From contig CM059432.1 in the NCBI GenBank assembly GCA_030390025.1, positions 26,476,001-26,540,000 of the forward strand: DNA of 64,000 nucleotides. The letters run 5' to 3'. The notes beneath the pieces are model-generated. The model saw only the letters and a program-made list of their open reading frames with translations, was not told the origin of the DNA and searched no databases. How positions within the stretch are numbered: position 1 is the first letter of the stretch; the number at the start of each line of letters is the position of its first letter. The position numbers and the translations under genes are program-made. The stretch comes from Squalus acanthias (Eukaryota). This document shows, piece by piece, positions 12,043 through 24,140 of this stretch.

Positions 12043-15000
12043 GTGCAGCAGAGAATAAGGTCAAAGCAGGGAATAATGGTAAAAAAATTTAAATTAAAGG
12101 CACTTTATCTGAATGCACGTAGCATTCGTAACAAGATAGACGAACTAATGGCACAAATAGAGATAAATGGGTTTGATCTAATAGCCATTACAGAGACATG
12201 GTTGCAAGGTGGCCAAGGTTGGGAACTAAATGTTCCAGGGTACTTGACGTTTCAAAAAGACAGGCAGAATGGAAAAGTAGGGGGAGTAGCTCTGATAATA
12301 AAAGATGACATAAGGACAGTAGTGAGAAAGGATCTCGGCTTGGAAGATCAGGAAGTAGAATCAGTATGGGTGGAGATAAGGATTAACAAGGGGCAGAAGA
12401 CACTGGTAGGAGTAGCATATAGGCCCCATAACAGTAGCTGTACCGTTGGACAGAATATTAATCAAGAAATAGTAGGAGCATGCAACAAAGGAAATGCAAT
12501 AATCTTGGGGGACTTTAATCTTCATATAGACTGGACAAATCAAATTGGCAAAGGTAGTCTGGAGGACGAGTTCATGGAATGCATTCGGGACAGTTTCCTG
12601 GAACAATATATCATGGAACCAACAAGGGAACAGGCTATTTTAGATCTTGTACTGTGTAATGAGACAGGGTTAATTAGCAGTCTCATAGTAAAGGATCCTC
12701 TGGGGCAGAGCGATCATAATATGATAGAATTTCACATTAATTTTGAGAGTGACTTGCCTAAGTCCGAAACTTAAATAAAGGCAATTACAGAGGTATGAGG
12801 GGTGAGTTGGCTAAGGTAGATTGGAAAAATAGATTAAAAGGTATGGCGGTAGATAAGCAGTGGCTAGCATTTAAAGAAATATTTCAGAATTCTCAACAAA
12901 AATACATTCCATTGAGAAACAAAAACTCCATGGGAAAAGTGATCCAACCATGGCTAACTAAAGAAGTTAAGGACAGCATTAGACTGAAAGAAGAAGCTTA
13001 TAATGTTGCAAAGAACAATAGTAAGCCTGAGGATTGGGAGAGTTTCAGAAACCAGCAAAGGTTGACCAAAAAGTTGATAAAAAGGGAAAAAATAGAATGA
13101 GAGAAAACTAGCAAGAAATATAAAAGCAGATTGCAAGAGCTTCTACAAGTATGTAAAAAGGGAGAGAGTAGCAAACGTAAACATTGGTCCCTTAGAGGCT
13201 GAGACAGGAGAAATTATTATTTGGAATAAGGAAATGGCTGAAATGTTAAACAAATATTTTGTATCTGTCTTCACAGTAGATGACACAAAAAGCAAACCAA
13301 AAATGATGGGGAATCAAGGGTCTGATGAGGGTGAGGAACTTAACGTAATTAATATAAGTAGAGAAAAAGTACTAGAAAAACTAATGGGACTAAAACCCGA
13401 CAAATCCCCTGGACCTGACGGCCTACATCCTAGGGTTCTAAAAGAGGTGGCTGAAGAGATAGTGGATGCATTGGTTTTGATCTTCCAAAATTCCCTAGAT
13501 CCTAGAATGGTCCCACCGGATTGGAAGGTCGCAAATGTAACACCGCTATTCAAGAAAGGAGGGAGAGAAAAAACAGGGAACTACAGGCCAGTGAGCCTGA
13601 CATCAGTCGTCGGGAAAATGCTGGAATCCATTGTTAAGGAAGTGGTATCAGGGCACTTAGAAAATCATAACATGATTAGGCAGAGTCAACATGGTTTTAT
13701 GAAAGGGAAATCGTGTTTGACAAATTTATTAGAGTTTTTTGAGGATGTAACTAGTAGGGTAGATAAAGGGGAACCAGTGGATGTAGTATATTTGTATTTC
13801 CAAAAGGCATTCGATAAGGTGCCACATAAAAGGTTATTACATAAGATTAGGGCTCATGGGGTTGGGAGTAATATCGTAGCATGGATAGAGGATTGGTTAA
13901 CGGACAGATAACAGAGAGTAGGGATAAACGGATCTTTTTCAGGTTGGCAGGCTGTAACTAGTGGGGTGCTGCAAGGATCAGTGTTGGGGCCTCAGTTATT
14001 TACAATCTATATTAATGACCTAGATGAAGGGATCGAGTGTAATGTATCCAAGTTTGCTGATGATACAAAGCTAGGTGGACAGTAAGCTGTGAGGAGAACA
14101 CAAAGGTCTGGATTTTACCAGCCCTGAGGAGGCGGGTCTGGAGGTGGGGCTGCTGGGAAAATTCCCCAAAATGGGAGTGGGTCCCAAACTGGGTCCCAAA
14201 CCCACTCCCAACCCACCTCCAACCAATCTTCCCGGGAGTCGGGTCCCCGATTTGCGCAGAGACCCAACTCCTAGCGGCGGAAAGAGGATTATATAGTTAA
14301 CAGGCAGCTAAGAGACTTTTTCCAATTTTTCGACTGCTGCTGCGGGCTTCCCGACATCGGGGAACCCCGCCAGGGTAAGTGCTGTGGGTCTGTTGTTATG
14401 TTGACAGCTGCAGAAGTGGTGTGAAGCATGCAATCGGACACAGGTTAGTATCAGAGCTAAAGAAACGTTGTGAAAGTAATTTTTAATGTGGTTAGATGTT
14501 TCTGCAGGTGACAAGCTGTGAAGTGTTTGTGTAGGCTTATCTCAGCTGCAGCTGCCATCTGTTTTATCCTAAGGAGAGAGTAATTGGAGAGTCTGGGTAC
14601 AAGGGCTCACCTTTGGACAGTGATTGTCAGTGTTTGACAGCACCTCAATGCTGTCAAACACTGTCAAATCATCTGTCAAACAAGTGTGGTGCATATGCCT
14701 TTAAGAAAACCGGCAGATGAAGCCTCATCAACTGATGCCATCTGACAGCAGCTTTCCCTTAATTGGCCGGCAAGCCCGCAGGGCGGGCTTAACAAGGCCA
14801 ATCAAGGCAAAATAGCGTCTGTTCGTCAGACGTCGCTGGGGGCGGGACTCGAACCTGGAAGGCGGCAGTCCCGCCCCCAACACGTCTCGGTGAGTAAAAT
14901 CCAGCCCAAAGAGTCTGCAAAGGGCTATAGATAGACTAAGTGAGTGGGCAGTTAGGTGGCAGATGGAGTATAATGTAGGGAAATGTGAGGTTATTCACTT

Positions 15001-15686
15001 TGGTAGGAAGAATAGAAAACCCGAATATTTTTTAAAATGGTGAGAAACTTTCAATAGTTGGTGTTCAGAGAGATTTGGGTGTCCTCGTGCAAGAAACACA
15101 GAAAGCTAGCATGCAGGTACAGCAAGCAATAAGGAAGACAAATGGCATGTTGCAAGGAGGTTGGAGTATAAGAGTAAGGAAGTCTTGCTACAATTGTACA
15201 GGGCCTTGGTGAGACCACAACTGGAGTACTGTGCACAGTTTTGGTCTCCTTATCTAAGGAAGGATATATTTGCCTTAGAGGCGGTGCAACAAAGGTTCAC
15301 TAGATTGATTCCTGGGATGAGAGGGCTGTCCTATGATGAGAGGTTGTGTAGAATGGGCCTATACTGTCTGGAGTTTAGAAGAATGAGAGGTGATCTCATT
15401 GAAACATATAAGATTCTGAAGGGGATTGACAGGGTAGATGCTGAGAGGTTGTTTCCCCTGGCTGGAGTGTCTAGAACTAGGGCGCACAGTTTCAGGATAA
15501 GGGGTCGGCCATTTAAGACTGAGATGAGGAGGAATTTCTTCACTCAGAGGGTTGTGAATCTTTGAAATTCTCTGCCCCAGAGGGCTGTGAATGCTGAGTC
15601 TTTGAGTATATTCAAGGCTGAGATAGATAGATTTTTGGACTCTAGCGGAATCAAGGGATATGGAGATCGGGCAGGAAAGTGGAGTT
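12043..15686 (+). pseudogene. CR1 ORF2 remnant (APE endonuclease + reverse transcriptase)
   Basis: LYLNARSI, IAITETWL, LGDFN, SDH; KSPGPDG, NYRPVSLTS, QHGF, FADD; frameshifted. Confidence 0.93.
14105..14907. mobile_element. ~800-bp Harbinger-derived MITE (family B), copy 1, inside CR1 ORF2
   Basis: TIR ggtctggattttac / gtaaaatccagccc, TSD AAA; removal restores CR1 gaacacaaagagtctgcaa. Confidence 0.92.
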
Positions 15687-16719
15687 GAGGTCGATGATCA
15701 GCCATGATCTTATTGAATGGCGGAGCAAGCTCGAGGGGTCGTATGGCCTACTCCTGCTCTTACTTCTTATGTTCTTATAGAGAGGCTCAATGTGTAAAAA
15801 GAAGGTGGGACCAGCAGGTCTTGCTGCTTTCACCTCATGAGCACCTAACATACTTTGTACCAAAAATATACTGTACATAACTTTTGTTCAGTAGAAGTGT
15901 GGCCCATAGGAGTTTACAGGTAGAGTCATGGCCTGGAACTCCCCAGAAGGTTGGCATGCCTGCGGCCTAAGCAACAGCCACTGACAAAAACTAAGATTTT
16001 TTAAAATATATATATTTTTAGCGGCCCGATGTTCATTTCTTCAAATGGGCGAGCTGCCTGTGAAGGCACAACGGGTGCCGGCAGCTTGCCTAAGTTACTG
16101 AAATGTGGCCAATTTTGGGCCTCCTGATTTTGGTGCATGCTGTCTGCGCAGTGCCAATTCTAGGCCTGAAAATATATCTAGCCGAATTTCAACCCCACTG
16201 TGTTTAAAACTTGTAGCTCAATGTCAGTGTGCTTATCTCTTTTTCCAACTCTTGAGCTTGGAAAGCTTAGCTACCTCTACTCTAGATGGTAGACGTTATG
16301 CTTCTATAATTCTAACTCACAATTCATCCTCTTCACACTTGCGATCATTCTTGCTGCCTTTCTCTGCACCCTTTCCAGTGCATGTGTCCCCTAAAGAAGA
16401 AGGAAAGGAAATAGGATTACATTCTATTCAAATTACTTCTGCATGTTTATCTGATATATGGTAGTTCACTCCAAATAAATCTAAAATTTGCAACCTAATG
16501 GAATTCTCTCATTAGAGGTCTCTTTCCTTCCAGAGCTTCCCCGCGATCTCAGATAAAATAAGGGGGCCACCTACTTCCTGGAACAGCTCTATTCTTTCAG
16601 TGTGAATCTGTCATTTATATCAGTATATCAGCAGTAATTTTCCAACTTCATACTTCCTCACTCGCTGATAGCATGTATTGGAAATCCGGGCCTGCACAAA
16701 GTTTTCCAACCACTTTAAT

Positions 16720-17250
16720 TTATGGTCACTGGCCTCCCATCTTCCACTCTCCATAAATTTGAGCTCATATCCAAAAATACACCAAGTCTTGTTCACCCAT
16801 CACCCTTGTGCTCGCTGACCTACATTGGCTCCCAGCCCACTAACACCTCGATTTTAATATTCTCATCCTCATGTTCAAATCCCTCCATGGCGTCGCCCCT
16901 CCCTATCTCTGTAACCTCCTCCAGCCCTACAACCCTCTGAGAACTCTGCGTTTCTTTAACTCTGGCCTCTTGGACATCCCCCACTTCCTTTTTCCCACCA
17001 CTGGTGGCCATGCATTCAGCCATCTCGGCGCAAAGCTCTGGAATTCCCTAAATAAACCGCTCCGACTCTTCACCTCTCTCTCCTCCTTTAAGACAGCCCT
17101 TAAAACCTACCACTTTGACCAAGCTGGTCACCTGTCCTAATGTCTCATTCTTTGGCTCAGTCACTTTTTGTCTGATTACGCTCCTGTGAAGTGCCATGGG
17201 ACATTTTACTATGTTGAAGGCGCTATATAAATGCAAGTCATTGTTGTGAG
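16720..17250 (+). mobile_element. L2 3' fragment
   Basis: FKSLHGVAPPYLCNLLQPY...GGHAFSHLGAKLWNSL; tail aaggcgctatataaatgcaagt. Confidence 0.88.
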
Positions 17251-18595
17251 AAAGTTGTGTGCATAACGTATCCAAAGTTTTGTTATGGACTCCTGATGGG
17301 TGAAGCTCCTGACTGTGAATCCAAAGTTGGCAAATTACCCTTTGTCATGTACATTCTGGTCTATCTCTATAGACATAGATGTCACCAAATGCACTAGACT
17401 TTGTACACAGGAAATGGCTTAAGTAGGCCAACAATGGTTGAGTTCATTTTTAATGCAGAATTGCACTTTTGAGTGCAGCTGTATATGTTTCTATCAGCTT
17501 TCAGAAAAAAAAGTAGAACTGTTTAAATCATCTGGCCTGAATATAGCCCAGTCCTCAGGGAACATGAGTACAGCATGCATAAGCAAGAGATTCCGCTGTC
17601 AAAAATTATCCATATGGGAAGAGCAGTCACGCCTCATCTTGGTTTGATTTCATTAATAGCACTGAAGGAGCCACACATAACAGTACATAGCTAATGAGAA
17701 AGCAAAGAAGCACTTTTCTGCAGTGTGACCTAACACAGTGTTGAAAATATTGGATAGAAGACTGATACTCACACCAGGATGAGCTACAGCAAGAACAAGC
17801 TCCCTCATGAACAGAATAGATCCAAGGGGACTCGAGTCTCAGCAAATTTGATACTTGAAGAATAATAAAGGAGCAATGCTGCTGAATTGCTCTGATCAAT
17901 TGCTCTGATCAATGAACTTATGATCATCTTTTGACCAGGCTATTATCACCCACTGACCAAACTATAGTCATGCATTGGTCAAATTATGCACAACCATTGA
18001 CGAATCTTGTTCATAAGCAGCAGTAATACATGCATGACCCTTTTTTTAATGCCTCTAGTCCACATGAATGATGTGGGATTCTGTCCACACTGGTGTGTTC
18101 CCAATTCCAATTGTTGGCACACAGCAGATGTTGAGGACTTCTCACAGGGCAGTGATAATTCTCGGACTGCTCTTGCGCACTTCCTAGTGTTTAGTTGTAG
18201 AGCAGTATTGGGGGAAGCCGTGTGTAGTGAAGATAGTGTGAGGTGCAAAGCCATCCAAGAAAGGAGATTGGAAAAAATAAACAAGGGGGGATAAATTTTC
18301 ATGGGTTTCTCCTGTAACTTTGGCACAAGATTGGCAGAAACCCTGGAGAAATGGCCTGAACAGCCAAGTGCAAATTGTCCCAATTGAGCTGGGAAAATCC
18401 CTCTGTTTTTCATCGTGAGCACTTTTGCCCTGCCATATGTGACATGGAGCTTTTAACAGCATTAATATTATCAATACTTTTCTTTTGTGAGGTAAAGTTC
18501 CCAAGTTCCCACCACTGTTCACCCCACGTGGCCGAGAGGGCTGGCAGGGGACCTCTGCCAACACCCCAACCAAAGACATTGTGAGCAAGCTATCG

Positions 18596-19978
18596 AAGAT
18601 TTATTTATATTCGTTCATGGGAAGTGGGCGTCGCTGGCAAGGCAAACATTTATTGCCCATTACTAGTTGCCCTTGAGAAGGTGGTGGTGAGCTGCCTTCT
18701 TGAACCGCTGCAGTCTGTGTGGTGATGGTACTCCCACAGTGCTGTTAGGGAGGGAGTTCCAGGATTTTGACCCAGCGACGATGAAGGAATGGCGCTCTAC
18801 TTCCAAGTCAGGATGGTGTGTGACTTGGAGGAGAACTTGGAGGAGGTGGTGTTCCCATGCGCCTGCTGCCCTTCTCCTTGTAGGTGGTAGAGCTCGCAGG
18901 TTTAGGAGGTGCTGCCGAAGAAGCCAGGCGAGTTGCTGCAGTGCATCTTGTAGATAGTGCACACTGCAGCCACGGTACGCCGGTAGTGGAGGGAGTGAAT
19001 GTTTAAGGTGGTAGATGGGGCGCCAATCAAGCGGGCTGCTTTGTCTTGGATGGTGTTGAGTTTCTTGAGTGTTGTTGGAGCTGCACTCATCCAGGCAAGT
19101 GAAGAGTATTCCATCACACTCCTGACTTGTGCCTTGTAGATGGTGGAAAGGCTTTGGGGAGTCAGGAAGTGAGACACTCGCCGCAGAATAACTAGTCTCT
19201 GACCTGGTCTTGTTCCCACAGTATTTATGTGGCTGGTCCAGCTAAGTTTCTGGTCAATGGTGACCCCCAGGATATTGATGGTGGGGGATTCGGCGATGGT
19301 AATGCCGTTGAATGTCAAGGGGGGGGTGGTTAGAAGCTCACTTGTTGGAGATAGTCATTGCCTGGCACTTGTGTGACACAAATGTTACCTGCCACTTATC
19401 AGCCCAAGCCTGAATGTCATCCAGGTCTTGCTGCATGCGGGCATGGAATGTTTCATTATCTGAGGAGTTGTGAATGGCACTGAACACTGTGCAGTCATCA
19501 ACGAACATCCCCACTTCTGACCTTATGATGGAAGCAGCTGAAGATGGTTGGGCCCAGGACACTGCCCTGAGGAACTCCTGCAGCGATGTCCTAGAGCTGT
19601 GATGATTGACCTCCAACCACCAAAACCATCTTCCCTTGTGCTAGGTATGACTCCAGCCAGTGGAGAGTTTTCCCCCCAATTCCCATTGACTTCAGTTTTA
19701 CTAAGGCTCCTTGACGCTCGGTCAAATGCTGCCTTGATGTCAAGGGCAGTCACTCTCACCTCACCTCTGGAATTCAGCTCTTTTGTCCATGTTTGGATCA
19801 AGGCTGTAATGAGGTCTGGAGCCGAGTGGTCCTGGCGGAACCCAAACTGGGCATCAGTGAGCAGGTTATTGGTGAGTAAGTGCTGATTGATAGCACTGTC
19901 AATGACACCTTCCATCACTTTGCTGATGATTGAGAGTAGACTGATGGGGCAGTAATTGGCTGGATTGGATTTGTCCAT
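18596..19978 (-). mobile_element. Second CR1-group LINE family, RT to 3' end
   Basis: SNPANYCPISLLSIISKVME, AQFGFR, ALDIKAAFDR, FVDD, ILGVTID, IYKAQVRSVMEY. Confidence 0.88.
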
Positions 19979-20191
19979 GACGGTGATTCAAGAATGAATC
20001 TATCACTGGTTTTCCCACCCCTCTGAGGAAGTGACTTACTTCAAACTTACATAAGTAATCAGAATACCAGTAAATACCTGCTTGTAACCTTAGTAGCTAT
20101 TTTTCATATTGCATACAGAAGGAATAGACACTAAGTGACCTCAGCAGTTAATCCTTGTGTGGAATTCATCTTGCATCAAAGGTAGGAAGTG

Positions 20192-20295
20192 GTGTGTGTG
20201 TGTGGGTCTGTGGGTGGGTTGGTTGGTGGGTGTGTTAGTGGGTGGGTTGGTTGGTTGGTTGGTAGGTAGATAGACATATAGACAGACAGACAGAT
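20192..20295. repeat. Compound microsatellite (GT)n/(GGTT)n/(AGAC)n
   Basis: Directly visible. Confidence 0.9.
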
Positions 20296-20489
20296 GAATT
20301 TCCTTGTACTCTGAGGGTTCTTCACAATGGTGAAGTTTGCTCATTCTGATTGGTTAGGTATAGAATTTGCCATCTGCTTTCCTCTGTTCTAATTAAGTTC
20401 CATTTGGCTGCAGACTTCGAGTAGTTCCTTGTTTCTCAGGCAGATTCCTGTAACTCTTGAGCAGTTCAGCCCAGCCATGTGTGTCATAG

Positions 20490-20646
20490 TGATAGATTTT
20501 CGGTTAGCGACCCGAGTGAGGAACTGGTGTTGTGGCTCCCCTGCCCATTATAGAAACTGCCCAATTTTCACTTGTCGCTTGATATAACGGGCGGCCAATC
20601 CGCAGCATCAGTTTTATGCCCAGGCGGCAAGTTGAAAAATCTACCC
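20490..20646. mobile_element. Small hairpin MITE
   Basis: Ends gatagattttc / gaaaaatctaccc with imperfect internal symmetry. Confidence 0.5.
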
Positions 20647-20964
20647 TGTCAATTCACACCCGGCCAATGCCATTGTGAGCCAGCTGCCAAGGATTCCCTA
20701 ACAGTGATCCAGGAATCAACGTGTCTCTGATTTTTCCCTCCACTCTAAGAAAACGACTGGTTTCGAGATTTCACTCATCATCTTTTGCAGCAGTATGACT
20801 AAACTCAGTTCCTCAATGTTGTGGATAATTAGATCTACTCCTGTCAATCCCATTGCACTGTACAAAAATTAGCATTTAAAAAGTTTCCTGAGGTTTACGG
20901 GTTGATCCCCAAATAGATTTTTACATATGAATCGAAACAATTAATTTAAAACATTGCCTACAGA

Positions 20965-21185
20965 CAGACCATAAAAGTCCTAAATTCAATCTCTGGTCTG
21001 TGACGAGTTAGATAATCGCAGCACGGGCAGCAATTTACTTCAGTAGCCTTGAGTTAAGGAGGGAAAGAATTACCAAGCAATATTGCTCCTGATCACTATC
21101 TGGAAGGTATATATTGGTATCAAAACTGAAGGGGATCAGACTTGGCTGTAATACTTCCCACAGTTAAATATCCTGCTGACATACG
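20965..21185 (+). mobile_element. Ancient SINE fragment (AmnSINE2-like)
   Basis: ctctggtctgtgacgagttag...gctcctgatcactatc; similar stretches at 26430-26650 and 47190-47500. Confidence 0.45.
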
Positions 21186-21194
21186 TGAAGTTTG

Positions 21195-21545
21195 GTTACA
21201 AGATGCACTGCAGCATCTCGCCAAGGCTTCTTCAGCAGCACCTCCCAAACTCGCGACCTCTACCACCTAGAGAGACAAGGGCAGCAGGCGCATGGGAACA
21301 CCATCACCTGCAAGTTCCCCTCCAAGTTGCACACCATCCTGACTTGGAAATATATCACCATTCCTTCATTGTCACTGTGTCAAAATCCTGGCACTCCCTC
21401 CCTAAAAGCACTGTGGGAGTACCTTCACCACAAGGACTGCAGCGGTTCAGGAAGGTGGCTCACCACCACTTTCTCAAGGGCAATTAGGGATGGGCAATAA
21501 ATGCTGACTTGCCAGCAAAGCCCACATTCCAGGAATTAATCATTT
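21195..21545 (+). mobile_element. 3' fragment of the second CR1-group LINE family
   Basis: Reverse complement of 18600-18955. Confidence 0.85.
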
Positions 21546-22363
21546 AAAAATCGCCTCCTCAATGCAGTTCATTCTTCAGGGATACTGGTGTTCATACTGC
21601 CACTTATATATAGCACGAAGAGTAAGCTCCAGGCTGAAAGATCTGTTTTCATTAAAATGGGAATGTATATTTTACAAATACTTGAGTCCATGTTGAGAAA
21701 GCATTGAGGTTATTAAGGCTTTCAGTGAATCTTCATATCATCAAAGCAAACATCAGAACTCTAGCCATGATACCATACATTGCCCTGCCCCTGCTTATTT
21801 TAACTTGGCAAAAAGTATCACACATTAGTCACACCCTTTCACCTGAAGTAGATTGGAATAGGAAGAAGATAAATGGATACATATCTATACATATATACAC
21901 ATGTGTGCAGAGGTTTAGAAAGAGAGAGAGAGAGAGATGTAGGAGTTAAAATAGGTTCAAACTGACATTTTGGTTCTGAGATGAACCATGATAAACCATG
22001 ATAAACTCCAAGAGTACCAGAAGCAGCTTTTACTCTACTTCTTAAAATAATTCAAATGATATCCCTATTTTTTATTCAGAGCATGAGAACCCCAGGTCAA
22101 TGTAACTGTACAACTAAAAGGTGCAGTGCAGTGGTGTGCTGTAATGTGCTGTGCGTCACTTGAATGCTAGTTTGCCAAATCTTATATCTCTCCACGTTCT
22201 GTTTACATTTCCTTCTTCCACCAATGTTGCCAAAGGGTTTGGGTTTTCACCCAGCACTAGCTCGTAAAGGGCTACCAAGAGAAGCATACAGGATCCTGGG
22301 CTTCATAAATAGAATTGAGAGGTCGCACAACACCAGGTTATAGTCCAACAGTTTTATTTTAAA

Positions 22364-22401
22364 TCACAAGCTTTCGGAGTTACAACTCCTTCGTCGGGTG
22401 A
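22364..22401 (-). ncRNA. Mirror copy of the minimal hammerhead-like motif
   Basis: Exact reverse complement of 22450-22487. Confidence 0.6.
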
Positions 22402-22449
22402 AGTGAGGAGATACAGAATCGTCAAAGCATATATAGATAGAGAACAACT

Positions 22450-22487
22450 TCACCCGACGAAGGAGTTGTAACTCCGAAAGCTTGTGA
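22450..22487 (+). ncRNA. Minimal type I hammerhead-ribozyme-like motif (variant core)
   Basis: UCAC-CCGACGA-A-GGAGU(UGUA)ACUCC-GAAAGCUU-GUGA: stem I UCAC/GUGA, stem II hairpin, GAAA, palindromic AAGCUU in place of stem III; the core is CCGACGA rather than CUGANGA. Confidence 0.65.
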
Positions 22488-23443
22488 TTTAAAATAAAAC
22501 TGTTGGACTATAACCTGGTGTTGTGCGACCTCTCAATTTTGTCCACCCCAGTCCAACACCGGCATCTCCGCATCATTCATAAATAGAGGCATAGAGTACA
22601 AAAGAAAGTATTTATGATAAACCTTAATAAAACACTCGTTCGGCCTCAACTCGAGTATTGTGTCCAATTCTGGGCACCACACTTTAGGAAGAATGTAAAG
22701 GCCTTAGAGAGGGTGCAGAGAAGATTTACAAGAATGGTTCCAGGGATGAGGGACTCCAGTTACGTGGATAGACTGGAAAAGCTGGGGTTGTTCTCCTTAG
22801 AGCAGAGAAGGTTGAGAGGAGATTTGATAGAGGTGTTCAAAATCATGAGGGGTCTAGACAGAGTAGATAAAGAGAAACTGTTCCCATTGGCGGAAGGGTC
22901 AAGAACCAGAAGACACAGATTTAAGGTGACTGGCAGAAGAACCAAAGGCGACATGAGGAAAAACTTGTTTACGCAGCGAGTGGTTAGGATCTGAAATACA
23001 CTGCCTGAAATAGTGGTGGAGGCAGATTTAATCGTGGCTTTCAAAAGTGAATTGGGTAAGTACCTGAAGGAAAAAAAATTGCAGGGCTATGGAGAGAGGG
23101 CGGGGGAGTGGGACTAGCTGAAGTGCTCTTGCAGAGAGCCAGCACGTGCTCTGTGGGACGAGTGGCCTTCTTCTGTGCTGTAACCATTCTATGATTCTAT
23201 GTGGTTCCAGTTTAAAGGATTATAGGCATTCTCCTTCTTCCTTTGCCTGTTCATCATTGTTCTGTCCAGAGAACTTAAGAAAGGTTTTCAATTCTTTCTC
23301 TTTTTTTAATAATATATAACAAAGGTTATGGAGCAGTTCATGTGACTAAGGATTCAAGGTCTTTATTTTCAATCAACATTTCTGCAGATTTATTTTTTGT
23401 AGCCAATAGAGGAATCTGTTTTTATGTGTGTGTTTATGCACAC

Positions 23444-23468
23444 GTGTGTGTGTGTGTGTGTGTGTGTG
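23444..23468. repeat. (TG)n microsatellite
   Basis: Directly visible. Confidence 0.9.
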
Positions 23469-23749
23469 CATAATCACCTGTCATTGAGAGAGTCTCTGTG
23501 GCTGACTGAGAATTTTATCATCTCAAAAGGTAAACATTCTTAGCGTGCTAATCTATATTTAACATGCTAATCGACACTAATCGCTCTCCGTGTAATTTTC
23601 TCTTTACTGATCTACACTGAGGAAATGTACTCTTAAACTCGTCTCTTGCCTGAAGAAAACTGAATGAATTTTAAAGGCAAATACCTATAGGTTGGTGATT
23701 TTAATCAAATGCAGCTTTGGGGACTGTGCAGATCCCTTCTTATCCAGTT

Positions 23750-24140
23750 TCTTATTTGTTACCAGGATATGGGTGATACTGACAAAGCTACAAGGCCACT
23801 AGTCACCCAGAGAAGGTGGTAGTGGGCCTTATTCTTGAATAGCAAATATTTCTAACAACTGAGTAGCTTGTTAGGCTACTTTAGAGGGCATTAATTAGTG
23901 TAGACTAGAGTCATATGTAGGCCCAGTCTAGCTACAGGTGGCAGAATAGCTTCTCAGAAGGATATTAGTGAATCAACTGAGTTTTACAACAATTCAGCAG
24001 TTTTCATGGTCATTTTTCTCTGGTGCCATCCCACAAATTACTGTGCTTAGTGAATTCACTTTCATAACTTGCCATGGTGGGAATTTAACTCACAAAGTCT
24101 GGGTTGCTAGTCCACTCCCATTACTACTTCACTAGTGCAC
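23750..24140 (-). mobile_element. Old LINE 3' tail-like fragment
   Basis: ggatatgggtgatactgacaaagc...gagaaggtggtagtgggcctt resembles 18615-18705. Confidence 0.45.

Larger units (their letters stand above)
9095..15778 (+). mobile_element. Near full-length CR1 LINE (5'UTR, ORF1, ORF2, 3'UTR), decayed, with two nested insertions
   Basis: Tandem-repeat 5'UTR, ORF1 zinc-finger/coiled-coil/esterase, ORF2 APE + RT, 3' tail cttatgttcttat; stops and frameshifts throughout. Confidence 0.92.
22314..22575 (+). mobile_element. 262-bp non-autonomous Penelope-like mini-element with inverted pseudo-LTR arms
   Basis: 12-bp TSD TTCATAAATAGA (22302-22313/22576-22587); perfect 92-bp inverted repeat 22313-22404/22447-22538; 42-bp spacer; 37-bp one-sided tail ttgtccaccccagtccaacaccggcatctccgcatca. 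Confidence 0.85.
22280..23200 (+). mobile_element. CR1 3' fragment hosting the mini-Penelope insertion
   Basis: [19 protein letters not shown]...; tail attctatgattctat. Confidence 0.9.

Noticed and set aside
12043..13911. Long ORFs (243 and 225 aa) as an active retrotransposon or host gene
   Set aside because: They are frameshifted pieces of a CR1 ORF2 that is also interrupted by a MITE.
16280..16410. Minus-strand acceptor followed by an apparent exon
   Set aside because: Translates to HALERVQRKAARMI, a decayed CR1 ORF2 motif.
17885..17913. 14-bp tandem duplication aattgctctgatc (also aaccatgata at ~21985)
   Set aside because: Ordinary slippage-type micro-duplications with no further structure.
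17979..18588. Overlapping 95-147 aa ORFs as a host gene
   Set aside because: No recognisable domain or convincing splice sites; part overlaps a MITE-like remnant at ~18285-18400.
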